DNA of 32,000 nt. Source: Halogeometricum borinquense DSM 11551. Lineage in GTDB: Archaea; Halobacteriota; Halobacteria; Halobacteriales; Haloferacaceae. This document shows, one piece after another, positions 17,296-26,464 of this stretch. Both the position numbers and the translations under genes were made by a program. Each line of letters opens with the position of its first letter. Position 1 is the stretch's first letter. The notes below the pieces were generated by a model, which searched no databases, had not been told where the DNA came from, and saw only the letters and a program-made list of their open reading frames with translations. The DNA is taken from NCBI RefSeq assembly GCF_000172995.2, contig NC_014729.1, forward strand, positions 2,730,001-2,762,000. The letters are read 5' to 3'.

Positions 17296-18225
17296 ATGTC
17301 AGACCTGCGAACCCACGCAGCGGAGATTGCCGAGCAGTTTTCAGACCACTTGGACGTAGACGCCGACGACGTTGAGGAGCGACTGCAGAACCTCGTTGAC
17401 GAGTACCGGGTGCCCGTCGATGAGGCGCGTCGCTCCGTCGTCAACAGTTACCTCGACGAGGCCGACCTCGAACGCGACGAACTCGGTCGCGGCGGGAACG
17501 ACGAGGTCCACCTCGCAGACATCGACCAAGACGAGCAGTGGGTCGATATCACGGCGAAAGTCGTCGAACTGTGGGAGCCCCGAAGCGAGTCCATCTCGCA
17601 AGTGGGGCTTCTCGGTGACGAATCCGGCCGGATGAAGTTCGTCTCCTTCACGACTTCGGAGCTTCCGGAACTCGAGGAAGGGGCCGTCTACCGCCTCGGG
17701 AACGTCGTCACCGACGAATATCAGGGCAATTTCTCTGTCAAACTCAACCGGACGACCAGTATCGAAGAACTCGACGAGGAGATCGAAGTGGGCGACGACT
17801 CCACCACCGTCGAGGGCGCACTTGTGGACATTCAGTCCGGAAGCGGCCTCATCAAGCGGTGCCCCGAGGAGGGCTGTACGCGCGTGCTCCAGAACGGCCG
17901 CTGTAACGAGCACGGCAACGTCGAAGGCGAGTTCGACCTCCGCATCAAGGGCGTCTTAGACGACGGCGACAACGTACACGAGGTCATCTTCGGGCGCGAG
18001 ATGACCGAAGAACTCACCGGCATCTCCTTGGAAGAAGCCCAAGAGATGGCGATGGACGCACTCGACACTACCGTCGTCGTAGACGAGATGCGCACGGACC
18101 TCGTTGGCATGTATTACCGCGTCTCCGGCCCCGAACTGGGGCGGTACGTCCTTGCCGACGAGACCGACCGACTGAACGAACCGGCGGATGCCGAAGCAGT
18201 CCTCATCAAAGCGAGGTCGATCTAA
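17296..18225 (+). CDS. rpa3: Replication protein A-type ssDNA-binding protein (single OB fold plus zinc finger)
   Basis: MSDLRTHAAEIAEQFSDHLDV..., OB fold WVDITAKVVELWEP...GLLGDESGRMKFVSF, and zinc finger CPEEGCTRVLQNGRCNEHG. It is followed by a COG3390-type partner and no phosphoesterase gene, which is the rpa3-rpap3 arrangement in Haloferax nomenclature. An alternative ATG is at 17266. Confidence 0.88.
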   Translation: MSDLRTHAAEIAEQFSDHLDVDADDVEERLQNLVDEYRVPVDEARRSVVNSYLDEADLERDELGRGGNDEVHLADIDQDEQWVDITAKVVELWEPRSESISQVGLLGDESGRMKFVSFTTSELPELEEGAVYRLGNVVTDEYQGNFSVKLNRTTSIEELDEEIEVGDDSTTVEGALVDIQSGSGLIKRCPEEGCTRVLQNGRCNEHGNVEGEFDLRIKGVLDDGDNVHEVIFGREMTEELTGISLEEAQEMAMDALDTTVVVDEMRTDLVGMYYRVSGPELGRYVLADETDRLNEPADAEAVLIKARSI

Positions 18226-18864
18226 ATGAGTTCCAACGAAGTCCCAACCCGAGAGGTCGCCCGGCGAGTGTTCGCCGAAGAGTTCAACGACGCGAGTTAC
18301 ACGTTCAAAGAGTCTGAAGACGAACGCGCACCGGTCTATCTCCTCTTGCCGACGGGAGAGAAGGCCAACCGTATCTTCCTTGTCGGAACGCTCACCGAGA
18401 AGGACGACGTGGGCGAGGATAACGAGTACTGGCGGGGCCGTATCGTGGACCCGACGGGCACGTTCTTCGTCTACGCCGGCCAGTACCAACCCGAAGCCGC
18501 GAGCATGCTCCGCGACCTCGAACCACCCGCATACGTCGCCGTTGTCGGCAAACCGCGGACGTACGAGACGGACGACGGCAACGTGAACGTCTCCGTCCGG
18601 CCGGAGTCGATCAGCGTCGTAGACGCCGCGACGCGCGACCGCTGGGTAGTCGAGACGGCAGAGCGAACGCTCGAACGCATCGAGACGTTCGACAACGAAG
18701 GAAACGAGTACGCCCGCATGGCGCGCGAGGAGTACGAACTGCCGACCGACCGGTACCAGTCGGCCGCCGTCTCAGCGTTGCAGAGCTTAGATGAAACCGG
18801 CGACGACGAACTCGGCAGCGACGAACTCGGAGACGACACCGCGTCACCCGAACCCGACGCATAG
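18226..18864 (+). CDS. rpap3: RPA-associated protein (COG3390-type OB-fold partner)
   Basis: It starts 1 nt after the rpa3 stop. MSSNEVPTREVARRVFAEEFNDASYTFKESEDERAPVYLLLPTGEKANRIFLVGTLTE is the typical RPAP N-terminus. Confidence 0.85.
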   Translation: MSSNEVPTREVARRVFAEEFNDASYTFKESEDERAPVYLLLPTGEKANRIFLVGTLTEKDDVGEDNEYWRGRIVDPTGTFFVYAGQYQPEAASMLRDLEPPAYVAVVGKPRTYETDDGNVNVSVRPESISVVDAATRDRWVVETAERTLERIETFDNEGNEYARMAREEYELPTDRYQSAAVSALQSLDETGDDELGSDELGDDTASPEPDA

Positions 18865-18949
18865 CGAGACACCGACCCCGTCGGTCTCTTTCCATGCATA
18901 TGTCTGACGAAGCATTAAGTAGCCCCGGGTGACAACGTTCGGACGATTC

Positions 18950-19357
18950 ATGGGCAACAAGAACAAGACAATCTCGTTCCGCGTCAACGAAGACGCGTTC
19001 GAGACGCTTCGGGAGATTGCCGAGGAGCGAGATATTTCGCTGTCGGCCGTCTTCCGTGACTACGTGGACACCCTCGTTGCCCACGACGGTCAAGTCCAAG
19101 TCGTTCCGGAACACGAACTCGAACAGATGAACGGGAACGACGAGGAGTCGTTCCCGCCGAAGGTGAAGGTTCCAAAGAGCTTCATCCGGGAACACGAGCG
19201 TCTCGAACTCGAAGCGGATCATCTCCGTGAGCAACTTGAAGAGCACAAACGCTACGTCAACTACCTCCGCGAGCAACTCGAAGACGAAGAAGAGGAAGTT
19301 ATCCAACTGGAAGACTTGGACGCCGACGCAGACGAGCCCTCGTTCCGACTCGGGTAG
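18950..19357 (+). CDS. Ribbon-helix-helix (CopG-like) protein with an acidic coiled-coil C-terminus
   Basis: ATG at 18950. NKTISFRVNEDAFETLREIAEERDISLSAVFRDYV follows the RHH beta-alpha-alpha pattern. Confidence 0.7.
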   Translation: MGNKNKTISFRVNEDAFETLREIAEERDISLSAVFRDYVDTLVAHDGQVQVVPEHELEQMNGNDEESFPPKVKVPKSFIREHERLELEADHLREQLEEHKRYVNYLREQLEDEEEEVIQLEDLDADADEPSFRLG

Positions 19358-19415
19358 GCCGTTCTGACTGTTCTTCGGCGTTCTCGTCTGTCTCGTCAGT
19401 CTCGCCGCCGTGTCG

Positions 19416-19871
19416 CTACCCGGTGAGCGCCCGCCGTGCCTTGCGGGCTTTCTCAGCCATCTCCTCGTCGCCTTCGACATCTGAAAGCGTCTCGACGGCT
19501 TCCAGCGTTCGCACCGCGTCGTCGAGAAACGAGAGTACGTCGCCGGGATAGGCGTACAGCATGTACTCGTCGCCCATCACGTCAACGATGGCATCCGGTC
19601 CTAACCCCTGTGCGCGGAGTTCAAGGAGATACGTCACGAACTGGCGCTCTGGATAGCCAGTGTATAGGTCGTCAGGGTCCTCCGGATCGAGGAAATCCTG
19701 CGCGAAGTCCAGCAGTCTGTCGCGGGTTGCAGAATCGACTTTCGAGAGACCCTCGCCGGAGTAGAGCACGTCCATCGTCGCACCCTTGAACGCACCCTTG
19801 GGGATGTTCACGTCCAACTGCGAGACGATTTCGCGGTGGTTCTTGAGGTATATCTTGTCCGTGATCGCCAC
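19416..19871 (-). CDS. Conserved acidic hypothetical protein
   Basis: GTG start, 151 aa, halophile-type acidic composition, no competing ORF. I do not recognise a family. Confidence 0.6.
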   Translation of the reverse strand: MAITDKIYLKNHREIVSQLDVNIPKGAFKGATMDVLYSGEGLSKVDSATRDRLLDFAQDFLDPEDPDDLYTGYPERQFVTYLLELRAQGLGPDAIVDVMGDEYMLYAYPGDVLSFLDDAVRTLEAVETLSDVEGDEEMAEKARKARRALTG

Positions 19872-19961
19872 TGTTCGTCCGAAGGTCCGCTCTACGGCGT
19901 CAAAAGCTTCCCGCTCTCACGGAACGCCGAAATCGGGTCTGAAAGACGACTCTCGTCCGTA

Positions 19962-20486
19962 TCAAACATCCGCAGACTCTGCGCCGTCATCCGAGAGTTC
20001 ACACTCGTCTCCGTGACAGTTGGCGGCCTTTCGGACATCGTCGAAGTCCGGTTCGGCGTCGGCGGCATCGCCGCGCCACGCAAACTGAATCGTTCGGTCA
20101 GGGTCGATGACGAACAGCGCCATACCCGGGACGTTGCGGTGGCCCTCGAAGTCCGACTCCCGAACGCCGTACGCTTCCGCAACTCGGCCGTCAGAATCGG
20201 TGAGAAGCGGGAACTCGATGTTGTACGTCCGTGCGAACTCCTGATGGGCGTAGACGCTGTCGCCGCCGATACCGAGGACGACAGTGTCATCGAGGAGCGT
20301 GAGCCAGTCGGCGTCTCGAAGCGTACACCACTGTGAGATACACGCCGGATGGAAGTCGAACGGATAGAACACGAGGATAACGCTCCACCCGCGTTCGACG
20401 TACTCCGAGAGCGTGTGCTCGTCCATGTCGTCACCCGCGGCACCGGGAAGGGAGAACGCCGGGGCCTGCTGTCCAAGTTGTAGCAT
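19962..20486 (-). CDS. Peroxiredoxin (AhpC/TSA-Bcp family)
   Basis: MLQLGQQAPAFSLPG...VILVFYPFDFHPACISQW contains the peroxidatic Cys in an xxPxC-type context. An extra C-x4-C lies in the C-terminal tail. Confidence 0.88.
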   Translation of the reverse strand: MLQLGQQAPAFSLPGAAGDDMDEHTLSEYVERGWSVILVFYPFDFHPACISQWCTLRDADWLTLLDDTVVLGIGGDSVYAHQEFARTYNIEFPLLTDSDGRVAEAYGVRESDFEGHRNVPGMALFVIDPDRTIQFAWRGDAADAEPDFDDVRKAANCHGDECELSDDGAESADV

Positions 20487-20620
20487 ACAATACCTACGGG
20501 GAGCGAACGAATCAAGTCAACTCGGCCGTGTGTGAGCGTCGCACGCCTACGAAACCGGAGTCGTAACGCTTTTTGACTGCACACGACTCAGAAACTATTG
20601 CAGTAGTACGCGACCACTGT

Positions 20621-20694
20621 GTCCGGGTTAGGGTAGTGGACTATCCTTCAGCCTTGTGGAGGCTGAGACGCGGGTTCAATTCTCGCACCCGGAC
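20621..20694 (+). tRNA. tRNA-His (anticodon GTG)
   Basis: Cloverleaf folded by hand. Acceptor TCCGGGT/ACCCGGA with an encoded G-1 opposite discriminator C73 (the tRNA-His hallmark). Anticodon arm CAGCC-TTGTGGA-GGCTG and T arm GCGGG-TTCAATT-CTCGC. Confidence 0.9.
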
Positions 20695-21062
20695 CTTTCT
20701 ATCTGCGAACAACGTGAGCAGACGAACGTCTGTCGTGTGAGATTGAACCAGCGAGCAACTGACTGAAACGAGGTTGTGAGTAAGGGTCAAGGCTCGTACT
20801 CAGACCTTCTCGCAGAACACGGTTCCTCACGAGCGTTCGCTCCGTTAAGAGCAGTACGAGTGAACGACGACGCGGCAAGGGAACAAATCGCCCGTATACT
20901 TGCCTAACACGGCCGCTATGTCGGGTATCAACGATAGTCACGATGAGTATAGTACTGCCAACTAGCAGAGGCTATATGTATATACAGTAATTGTTAGTCA
21001 ATAACACACATAGACACTGCTGTCGAAACACGTGCCAAAGGCACGGTGGGGGCACACAGCAG

Positions 21063-21221
21063 ATGAAGATACCAACAAATCCGAACGACGACTCGGCAGT
21101 AAAACCAGCGTATCAGTACATCGAGTACGAATCAGGCGATAACACGGTCGCCGTCATTCAGGACTGCGAAAACGAGAGCGCGTGGGTACAATCCACCATC
21201 TCGGAACCCGTCACACAGTGA
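21063..21221 (+). CDS. Small acidic protein (52 aa), function unknown
   Basis: ATG at 21063 (MKIPTNPNDDSAVKPAYQYIEYESGDNTVAVIQDCENESAWVQSTISEPVTQ). The composition is halophile-like. The track start at 20991 is TTG and lies in AT-rich sequence. Confidence 0.45.
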   Translation: MKIPTNPNDDSAVKPAYQYIEYESGDNTVAVIQDCENESAWVQSTISEPVTQ

Positions 21222-21287
21222 GTTACGGGATTTCGATGGGGCCGCGAGTTCAGATCCGAGGGTGGTCCGGTGCGGCGTCGAATCGAC

Positions 21288-21500
21288 CTACTCGGAACCC
21301 GAGCGATTGCGGTAGACCGAACGCGTTACGACGGGGGCTTCAGGGTACTTCCGACAGTACTCCTCGCGCGTCGTTACCGAACCGGTGCAGTCGCGGCCGG
21401 TCAAGTGAGGGTCTTTGACCGACTCGACCAAACAACCGCACTCGCGGCAGGCGACGTAGTGAACGTCAGCGATTCGGTTGGGAGGAGGCGAGTCCTGCAT
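21288..21500 (-). CDS. Small Cys-rich (zinc-finger-like) protein, 70 aa
   Basis: ATG start. Four to five Cys residues: C-x2-C-x1-C ... C ... C (VACRECGCLVES...GRDCTGS...EEYCRKY). Convergent with the 52-aa gene. Confidence 0.45.
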   Translation of the reverse strand: MQDSPPPNRIADVHYVACRECGCLVESVKDPHLTGRDCTGSVTTREEYCRKYPEAPVVTRSVYRNRSGSE

Positions 21501-21649
21501 CGGCGGCGTATTCGTGATGGAAGAACTTAATTACGAATGCGATACCTCAGTTCAGTGAGTTCTTACGACGGGATTACACTGCGTCGGCAGGGAGGTAGTC
21601 GTTACGTTCCCGCGGTATCGCTTTCCGTCCGGCACGCATACGGCGGGCC

Positions 21650-22399
21650 ATGAACGTCGCCATCGTGACCGTCGGCAACGAACTACTCGCAGGCGACATC
21701 GAGAACACGAACGCGACGTGGTTAGCGCGGGAACTGACCGAACGAGGCGTAAAAGTCGCTCGCGTCATCACCATCCCCGACGAGGAGACGACTATTGCCG
21801 AAACGGTGGGAGAGTGGTCGATGTCGTTCGACGCCGTCGTCGTCACCGGCGGTCTCGGCGGAACACCGGACGACCTGACGATGCCAGGTGTCGCCGCCGG
21901 ACTCGACCGTGAGTTGGCGGTTGACCCCGTCGCCGCAGCGGACGTAGAGGCGACCATCGACCGGATTCTCGAACGGAAACCGGACATCGAGTTCGATCTG
22001 AAAGTCGAGTGGTACGCATCGATGCCCGCGGGCGCGACGCCGATTCCGAATCCCGAAGGCCTCGCACCGGGATGTGTCGCCGAGAACGTCTACGTCCTCC
22101 CAGGAATTCCAGAGGAGATGCGCGCTGTCTTCGACAACGTGGCTGACGACTTCGGCGGGACCGTGGCGACGACGACGTTCTACACACCCGAGCCGGAGGG
22201 TGCGATGGCAGAACCGCTCGCTACCGTGGCAACAGAGTTCGGCGTCCGCGTCGGGAGTTATCCAAACCGGAACGGAGCACGGACGCGGGTCAAACTCACT
22301 GCGACCGACGCGGCGGTACTCGATGAAGCATCATCGTGGTTAGTCGAGAACGCCGGCGTCGAGTTGACCGAAACCGACGGGAAGAAAACTGACGGATGA
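21650..22399 (+). CDS. CinA-like / molybdopterin-binding (MoCF_BD) domain protein
   Basis: MNVAIVTVGNELLAGDIENTNATWLARELTERGVKV...VVVTGGLGGTPDD...VYVLPGIPEEM is the CinA N-terminal domain pattern. Confidence 0.85.
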   Translation: MNVAIVTVGNELLAGDIENTNATWLARELTERGVKVARVITIPDEETTIAETVGEWSMSFDAVVVTGGLGGTPDDLTMPGVAAGLDRELAVDPVAAADVEATIDRILERKPDIEFDLKVEWYASMPAGATPIPNPEGLAPGCVAENVYVLPGIPEEMRAVFDNVADDFGGTVATTTFYTPEPEGAMAEPLATVATEFGVRVGSYPNRNGARTRVKLTATDAAVLDEASSWLVENAGVELTETDGKKTDG

Positions 22400-22432
22400 G
22401 AGCTGATAGAGAGGATCTGACAGGTAACTCGG

Positions 22433-23608
22433 CTATCGCGGCTCGATAACGTCAGTCGGGTCGCGGGGGCGAATCGAGGTTGACGGGCCGCGTGACTGGA
22501 TAATGTTGAGAGCGGTAACGAGGTCGGACCGTGAGATAAGCCCGACGAGTTCGCCCTCATCGTCAACGACGGGCAGTCGTCCGACGCCGTTCTGTTGCAT
22601 CGTGGTGATCGCATCCATAGCATCGGCACTGGGCGAAATCGTCGTAAGTTCGCCCGACATTACGTCCTTGACGATGTACGCATCGCGCTCGACTTCGTCC
22701 ACCGTTCGAGCGTCGTTGAGCGTCACCATCCCGACGAGACGACCGTTTTGCACGACCGGGTAGCCCGTATGGCGTTCGTAGAACATCCGATCCAACAGTT
22801 CGCTGATGCTCGTTCGGATGTCCACGACATCTAGCTTCTCTCGCGGCGTCATCACGTCGCGGACGGTTACGTCCTCGAACGCCGCCTTCATCACCGTCTG
22901 CTGGGCTTCCGAGGACGCGCCCATGTAGATGAAGAAGGCGAGGGCGACGAGGAACAGGTTGTAGAACAGGCCGAAGATGCCGAGAAGGAAGGCGAACATC
23001 TTCCCGACCTCCGCAGCGAGTTTCGTCGCTCGCGCGTGGGACCGACGCCGGGCGAGAAGCGCACGGAGGACGCGCCCGCCGTCCATCGGGAAGCCGGGGA
23101 GCATGTTGAACACTGCCAGCAGAATGTTCGTCAACGCGAGATAGCCGAGAACGAACTTCACGGAGCCCTGCGTGGCAGGAAGAACGACGAAACCAACAAA
23201 CGAGATGACCCCCAGTGCAACGCTAACTATCGGACCGGCAACAGCGATAACGAGTTCCTGTCGCCAGTCCTCGGGCATCTCAGCGAAGCTTGCGACGCCG
23301 CCGAACAGCCACAGGGTAATCGAGTCAATTTCGTATCCGTAATGCATCGCAACCAGCGAGTGGCCGAATTCGTGGAAGAGAACGCACAGGAATAAGCCGA
23401 TTGCAGCGGCGCTCCCGAGAACCCACGGTATCGACCCGGAGGTGAGCGCCGCGGCGTCGATGGCGGATCCGAACAGTTCGTTGATAACTTGGACGAGTTC
23501 GCCGACATCAGACCCGATAAGCCACGCGAAAAGCGGGAGGATAAGGAGAAACGTGAGGTTGAGTTGAATCGGGATGCCGAAGACGCGGCCGATACGGATA
23601 CCTCGCAT
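22433..23608 (-). CDS. Site-2 protease (peptidase M50) with tandem CBS domains
   Basis: ATG at 23608 (MRGIRIGRVFGIPIQLN...). HEFGHSLVA (HExxH), NMLPGFPMDGGRVL, and a C-terminal CBS pair (VMTPRE...; VMSGELTTISP...). Confidence 0.9.
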   Translation of the reverse strand: MRGIRIGRVFGIPIQLNLTFLLILPLFAWLIGSDVGELVQVINELFGSAIDAAALTSGSIPWVLGSAAAIGLFLCVLFHEFGHSLVAMHYGYEIDSITLWLFGGVASFAEMPEDWRQELVIAVAGPIVSVALGVISFVGFVVLPATQGSVKFVLGYLALTNILLAVFNMLPGFPMDGGRVLRALLARRRSHARATKLAAEVGKMFAFLLGIFGLFYNLFLVALAFFIYMGASSEAQQTVMKAAFEDVTVRDVMTPREKLDVVDIRTSISELLDRMFYERHTGYPVVQNGRLVGMVTLNDARTVDEVERDAYIVKDVMSGELTTISPSADAMDAITTMQQNGVGRLPVVDDEGELVGLISRSDLVTALNIIQSRGPSTSIRPRDPTDVIEPR

Positions 23609-23742
23609 GGTGAACAGTAGACGGTGACGGGTAATAAGTCCAAGCTGGACCGCGGGCGGCCGAACAGCGGATACATACCGCATGAGTCTGCGACGGCGTC
23701 TCGGAGCCAAAGTTTAGGCCGACCCTCGGCGAAGGAGAGAGT

Positions 23743-24120
23743 ATGAGCGACACCGAACCCGTCGTAAAGCGCGCCGGAGATATCGAGTACGAGTCCGTCG
23801 GAGCCGCCGAGGGGATGTCGAAGGGGGTCCTCCTCAACGCCGACGACGGTGCGCCGAACTTCGCCATCCGTCGGTTCGTCCTCGAACCGGGCGCGACGGT
23901 GCCGAAACACACGAACGACGTCGAACACGAGCAGTACGTCCTCTCCGGCAAGTACACCGTCGGTATCGACGACGAGGAGTACGAGGTCGCCGCCGGTGAC
24001 TCGCTTTTCATTCCCGGCGGTGTCATCCACTGGTACCGCAACGATTCGGACGTAGAAGGGACGTTCCTCTGTGCGGTGCCGAATGGTGACGACACGATTC
24101 AGGTACTTGATGAGGAGTAA
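23743..24120 (+). CDS. Cupin-domain protein
   Basis: PGATVPKHTNDVEHEQYVLSG...GDSLFIPGGVIHWYRN corresponds to cupin motifs 1 and 2. Confidence 0.85.
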   Translation: MSDTEPVVKRAGDIEYESVGAAEGMSKGVLLNADDGAPNFAIRRFVLEPGATVPKHTNDVEHEQYVLSGKYTVGIDDEEYEVAAGDSLFIPGGVIHWYRNDSDVEGTFLCAVPNGDDTIQVLDEE

Positions 24121-24312
24121 GGCGGCGAAGCACGACAGCTACGGGCGATAACAGCTGGATTGAGACGTGCAACGACTGCCGAGACACCGCCGTAGGCGGG
24201 ACTTTCGAGAGAGCGTTGCCGGTGGGGTTGTCCTGTCCGCACTCGCTATCGAAGGACGCAATCAAGAGGAGCAGACGAACCGCTGAAATACCCCGTCCGC
24301 TTACGAGAGAGC

Positions 24313-26373
24313 GTGTCCAAACAGGTCGGCCGCATCGACACGCTGTTCGTCCACGAGACGAACGACGACTACCTCGTCGTCGTCCAACGAGACGGCGAGC
24401 GTGTCTTCCGCGCGGTGCTCGAACTGCAGGAGACGAACGCCGGCCCGCGTCCCGCGAAGTTTCGCGTGAAACGTGGGTCGAACGAGGAACCTCGCGACCC
24501 GAGTCAGTTCGTCGAACTCGCCCGTCGAGCCGAGCGGATCCGCATCTCCCAACAGACCTCGAAGGCCCGCCGCGACGAGTTCCGCGAGATGCTCGACGGC
24601 TATCAGCTCGATGCGCTCGTCGTCCGGACCTGTCGCTACTGCGCCTCTAACGGCCGCTACTCACCGATCACCGAGGATACGGCCATTAAAGCCGACAACG
24701 AGTACATCTGTCCCGATTGCGCAAAGCGAGAACTCGAACGCGAACTCGACTTCTCGGGGACGGGTGCGATGACGCAGGCGGCCCAAGAGCGTCTGGAGTC
24801 GCTTTTGCTCGAGACGCAGGATCTCGGCCGCATCTCGAACCTCCTGAAGGGCGGCTTAGACCCCGACCTCACCAAGTTCGACACCGTTTCGGCGACGACA
24901 GACGATATCGACCTCGTCTCCACTTCGACGCTGGACCTCCATCCGGCGCTCCAGTCGATGGTCGAAAACCGGTTCGAGACGCTCCTGCCGGTCCAGTCGC
25001 TGGCCGTCGAAAACGGTCTGTTCGACGAGCGCGATCAACTCGTCGTGAGCGCGACGGCGACGGGGAAAACGCTCGTCGGCGAACTCGCGGGCGTCAACCG
25101 AGCGTTGAACGGGGACGGCAAGATGCTGTTCTTGGTTCCGCTCGTCGCGCTCGCTAATCAGAAACACGAGGACTTCGAGGAGCGCTACGGAGACCACCTG
25201 AACGTGACCATCCGCGTCGGCGCCTCCCGCATCAACGACGACGGCAACCGGTTCGACCCGAACGCCGACATCATCGTCGGAACCTACGAAGGGATCGACC
25301 ACGCCCTGCGGACGGGCAAGGACCTCGGCGACATCGCCACCGTCGTCATCGACGAAGTCCACACGCTGAAAGAGGGCGAACGAGGGCACCGCCTCGACGG
25401 GATGATCTCCCGCTTGAAACACTACTGCGAGACGCGTGAGAAGCAGCGCAACAGCTACGACGGCGCGCAGTGGGTGTATCTGTCCGCGACGGTCGGCAAC
25501 CCCGAGATGCTGGCACAGAAACTCAGAGCGACGCTCATCGAGTTCGAGGAGCGTCCGGTCCCCATCGAGCGCCACGTCACGTTCGCCGACGGACGGGAAA
25601 AGCCAGACATCATCAACAAACTCGTCAGACGCGAATTCGACACGAAGTCCTCGAAGGGCTACCGCGGTCAGACCATCGTCTTCACCAACTCCAGACGCCG
25701 GTGTCACGAAATCGCCAGAAAACTGGAGTACGACGCCGCGCCGTACCACGCTGGACTGGACTACGGTCGCCGAAAGAAGGTCGAACGGATGTTCGGCAAT
25801 CAGGATTTGGCGGCCGTCGTTACGACCGCCGCGCTGGCGGCAGGGGTTGACTTCCCCGCCTCGCAAGTCGTCTTCGACACGCTGGCGATGGGTATCGAGT
25901 GGCTCTCCGTACAGGAGTTCGAGCAGATGCTCGGCCGGGCCGGACGCCCCGACTACCACGACAAAGGGACCGTCTACCTCCTCGTGGAACCCGACTGCTC
26001 GTACCACAACTCGATGGAGATGACCGAAGACGAGGTGGCGTTCAAACTCCTGAAGGGAGAGATGGAGGACGTGATGACCGTCTACGACGAGTCCGCCGCC
26101 GCAGAAGAGACGCTGGCGAACGTCATCGTCGCGGGCAAGAAGGCAAAGCGACTGAACGACCGGATGATCGGCGACGTGCCGACAAAGCACGCCGTCGGAA
26201 AGCTGTTAGAGTGGGAGTTCATCGACGGATTCGATCCCACGCCGTTGGGACAGGCCGTCTGTCGGCATTTCCTCGCACCGAAAGACGCCTTCCGCATCTT
26301 GGACGGGATCCGACAGGGGCTGAGTCCATACGAACTCGTCGCCGAGATGGAACTGGCCGAAGACGACCTGTAG
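24313..26373 (+). CDS. Ski2-like SF2 helicase with an N-terminal C4 zinc finger (ASH-Ski2/Eta-type)
   Basis: GTG start. Zinc finger CRYCASNGRY...YICPDC. Helicase motifs ATATGKT (I), VIDEVH (II), SAT (III) and GRAGRP (VI). The architecture matches the archaea-specific ASH-Ski2 group as I recall it. Confidence 0.85.
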   Translation: MSKQVGRIDTLFVHETNDDYLVVVQRDGERVFRAVLELQETNAGPRPAKFRVKRGSNEEPRDPSQFVELARRAERIRISQQTSKARRDEFREMLDGYQLDALVVRTCRYCASNGRYSPITEDTAIKADNEYICPDCAKRELERELDFSGTGAMTQAAQERLESLLLETQDLGRISNLLKGGLDPDLTKFDTVSATTDDIDLVSTSTLDLHPALQSMVENRFETLLPVQSLAVENGLFDERDQLVVSATATGKTLVGELAGVNRALNGDGKMLFLVPLVALANQKHEDFEERYGDHLNVTIRVGASRINDDGNRFDPNADIIVGTYEGIDHALRTGKDLGDIATVVIDEVHTLKEGERGHRLDGMISRLKHYCETREKQRNSYDGAQWVYLSATVGNPEMLAQKLRATLIEFEERPVPIERHVTFADGREKPDIINKLVRREFDTKSSKGYRGQTIVFTNSRRRCHEIARKLEYDAAPYHAGLDYGRRKKVERMFGNQDLAAVVTTAALAAGVDFPASQVVFDTLAMGIEWLSVQEFEQMLGRAGRPDYHDKGTVYLLVEPDCSYHNSMEMTEDEVAFKLLKGEMEDVMTVYDESAAAEETLANVIVAGKKAKRLNDRMIGDVPTKHAVGKLLEWEFIDGFDPTPLGQAVCRHFLAPKDAFRILDGIRQGLSPYELVAEMELAEDDL

Positions 26374-26464
26374 CGGGACCAGTTCTCATCCGCAGGAGAC
26401 GTCACGTCCGCAGAAATCGGTTTACGACGGTCGGCTGAGACACACATCCTTTTCTGACACCAGT

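Noticed and set aside
20699-20941. 80-aa minus-strand ORF downstream of tRNA-His
   Set aside because: It is strongly basic (many Arg), lies in a low-GC region, and has no recognisable motif. It does not look like a halophile protein.
20695-21062. Possibility that the long gap after tRNA-His encodes SRP (7S) RNA, RNase P RNA or a second tRNA on the minus strand
   Set aside because: I could not find the conserved SRP helix-8 or RNase P core motifs. The region is too AT-rich for a haloarchaeal structural RNA. The minus-strand T-arm-like fragment lacks a matching acceptor stem or cloverleaf.
24856-26190. 444-aa minus-strand ORF inside the helicase gene; similarly 8316..9503(+), 9564..10520(-), 6937..7959(-), 1970..3028(+), 15790..16716(+), 18611..19480(-), 23227..24030(-) and 29827..30861(-)
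   Set aside because: All lie antisense to genes with clear family motifs. Their products are basic and low-complexity, and several begin at non-ATG codons printed as M in the track.
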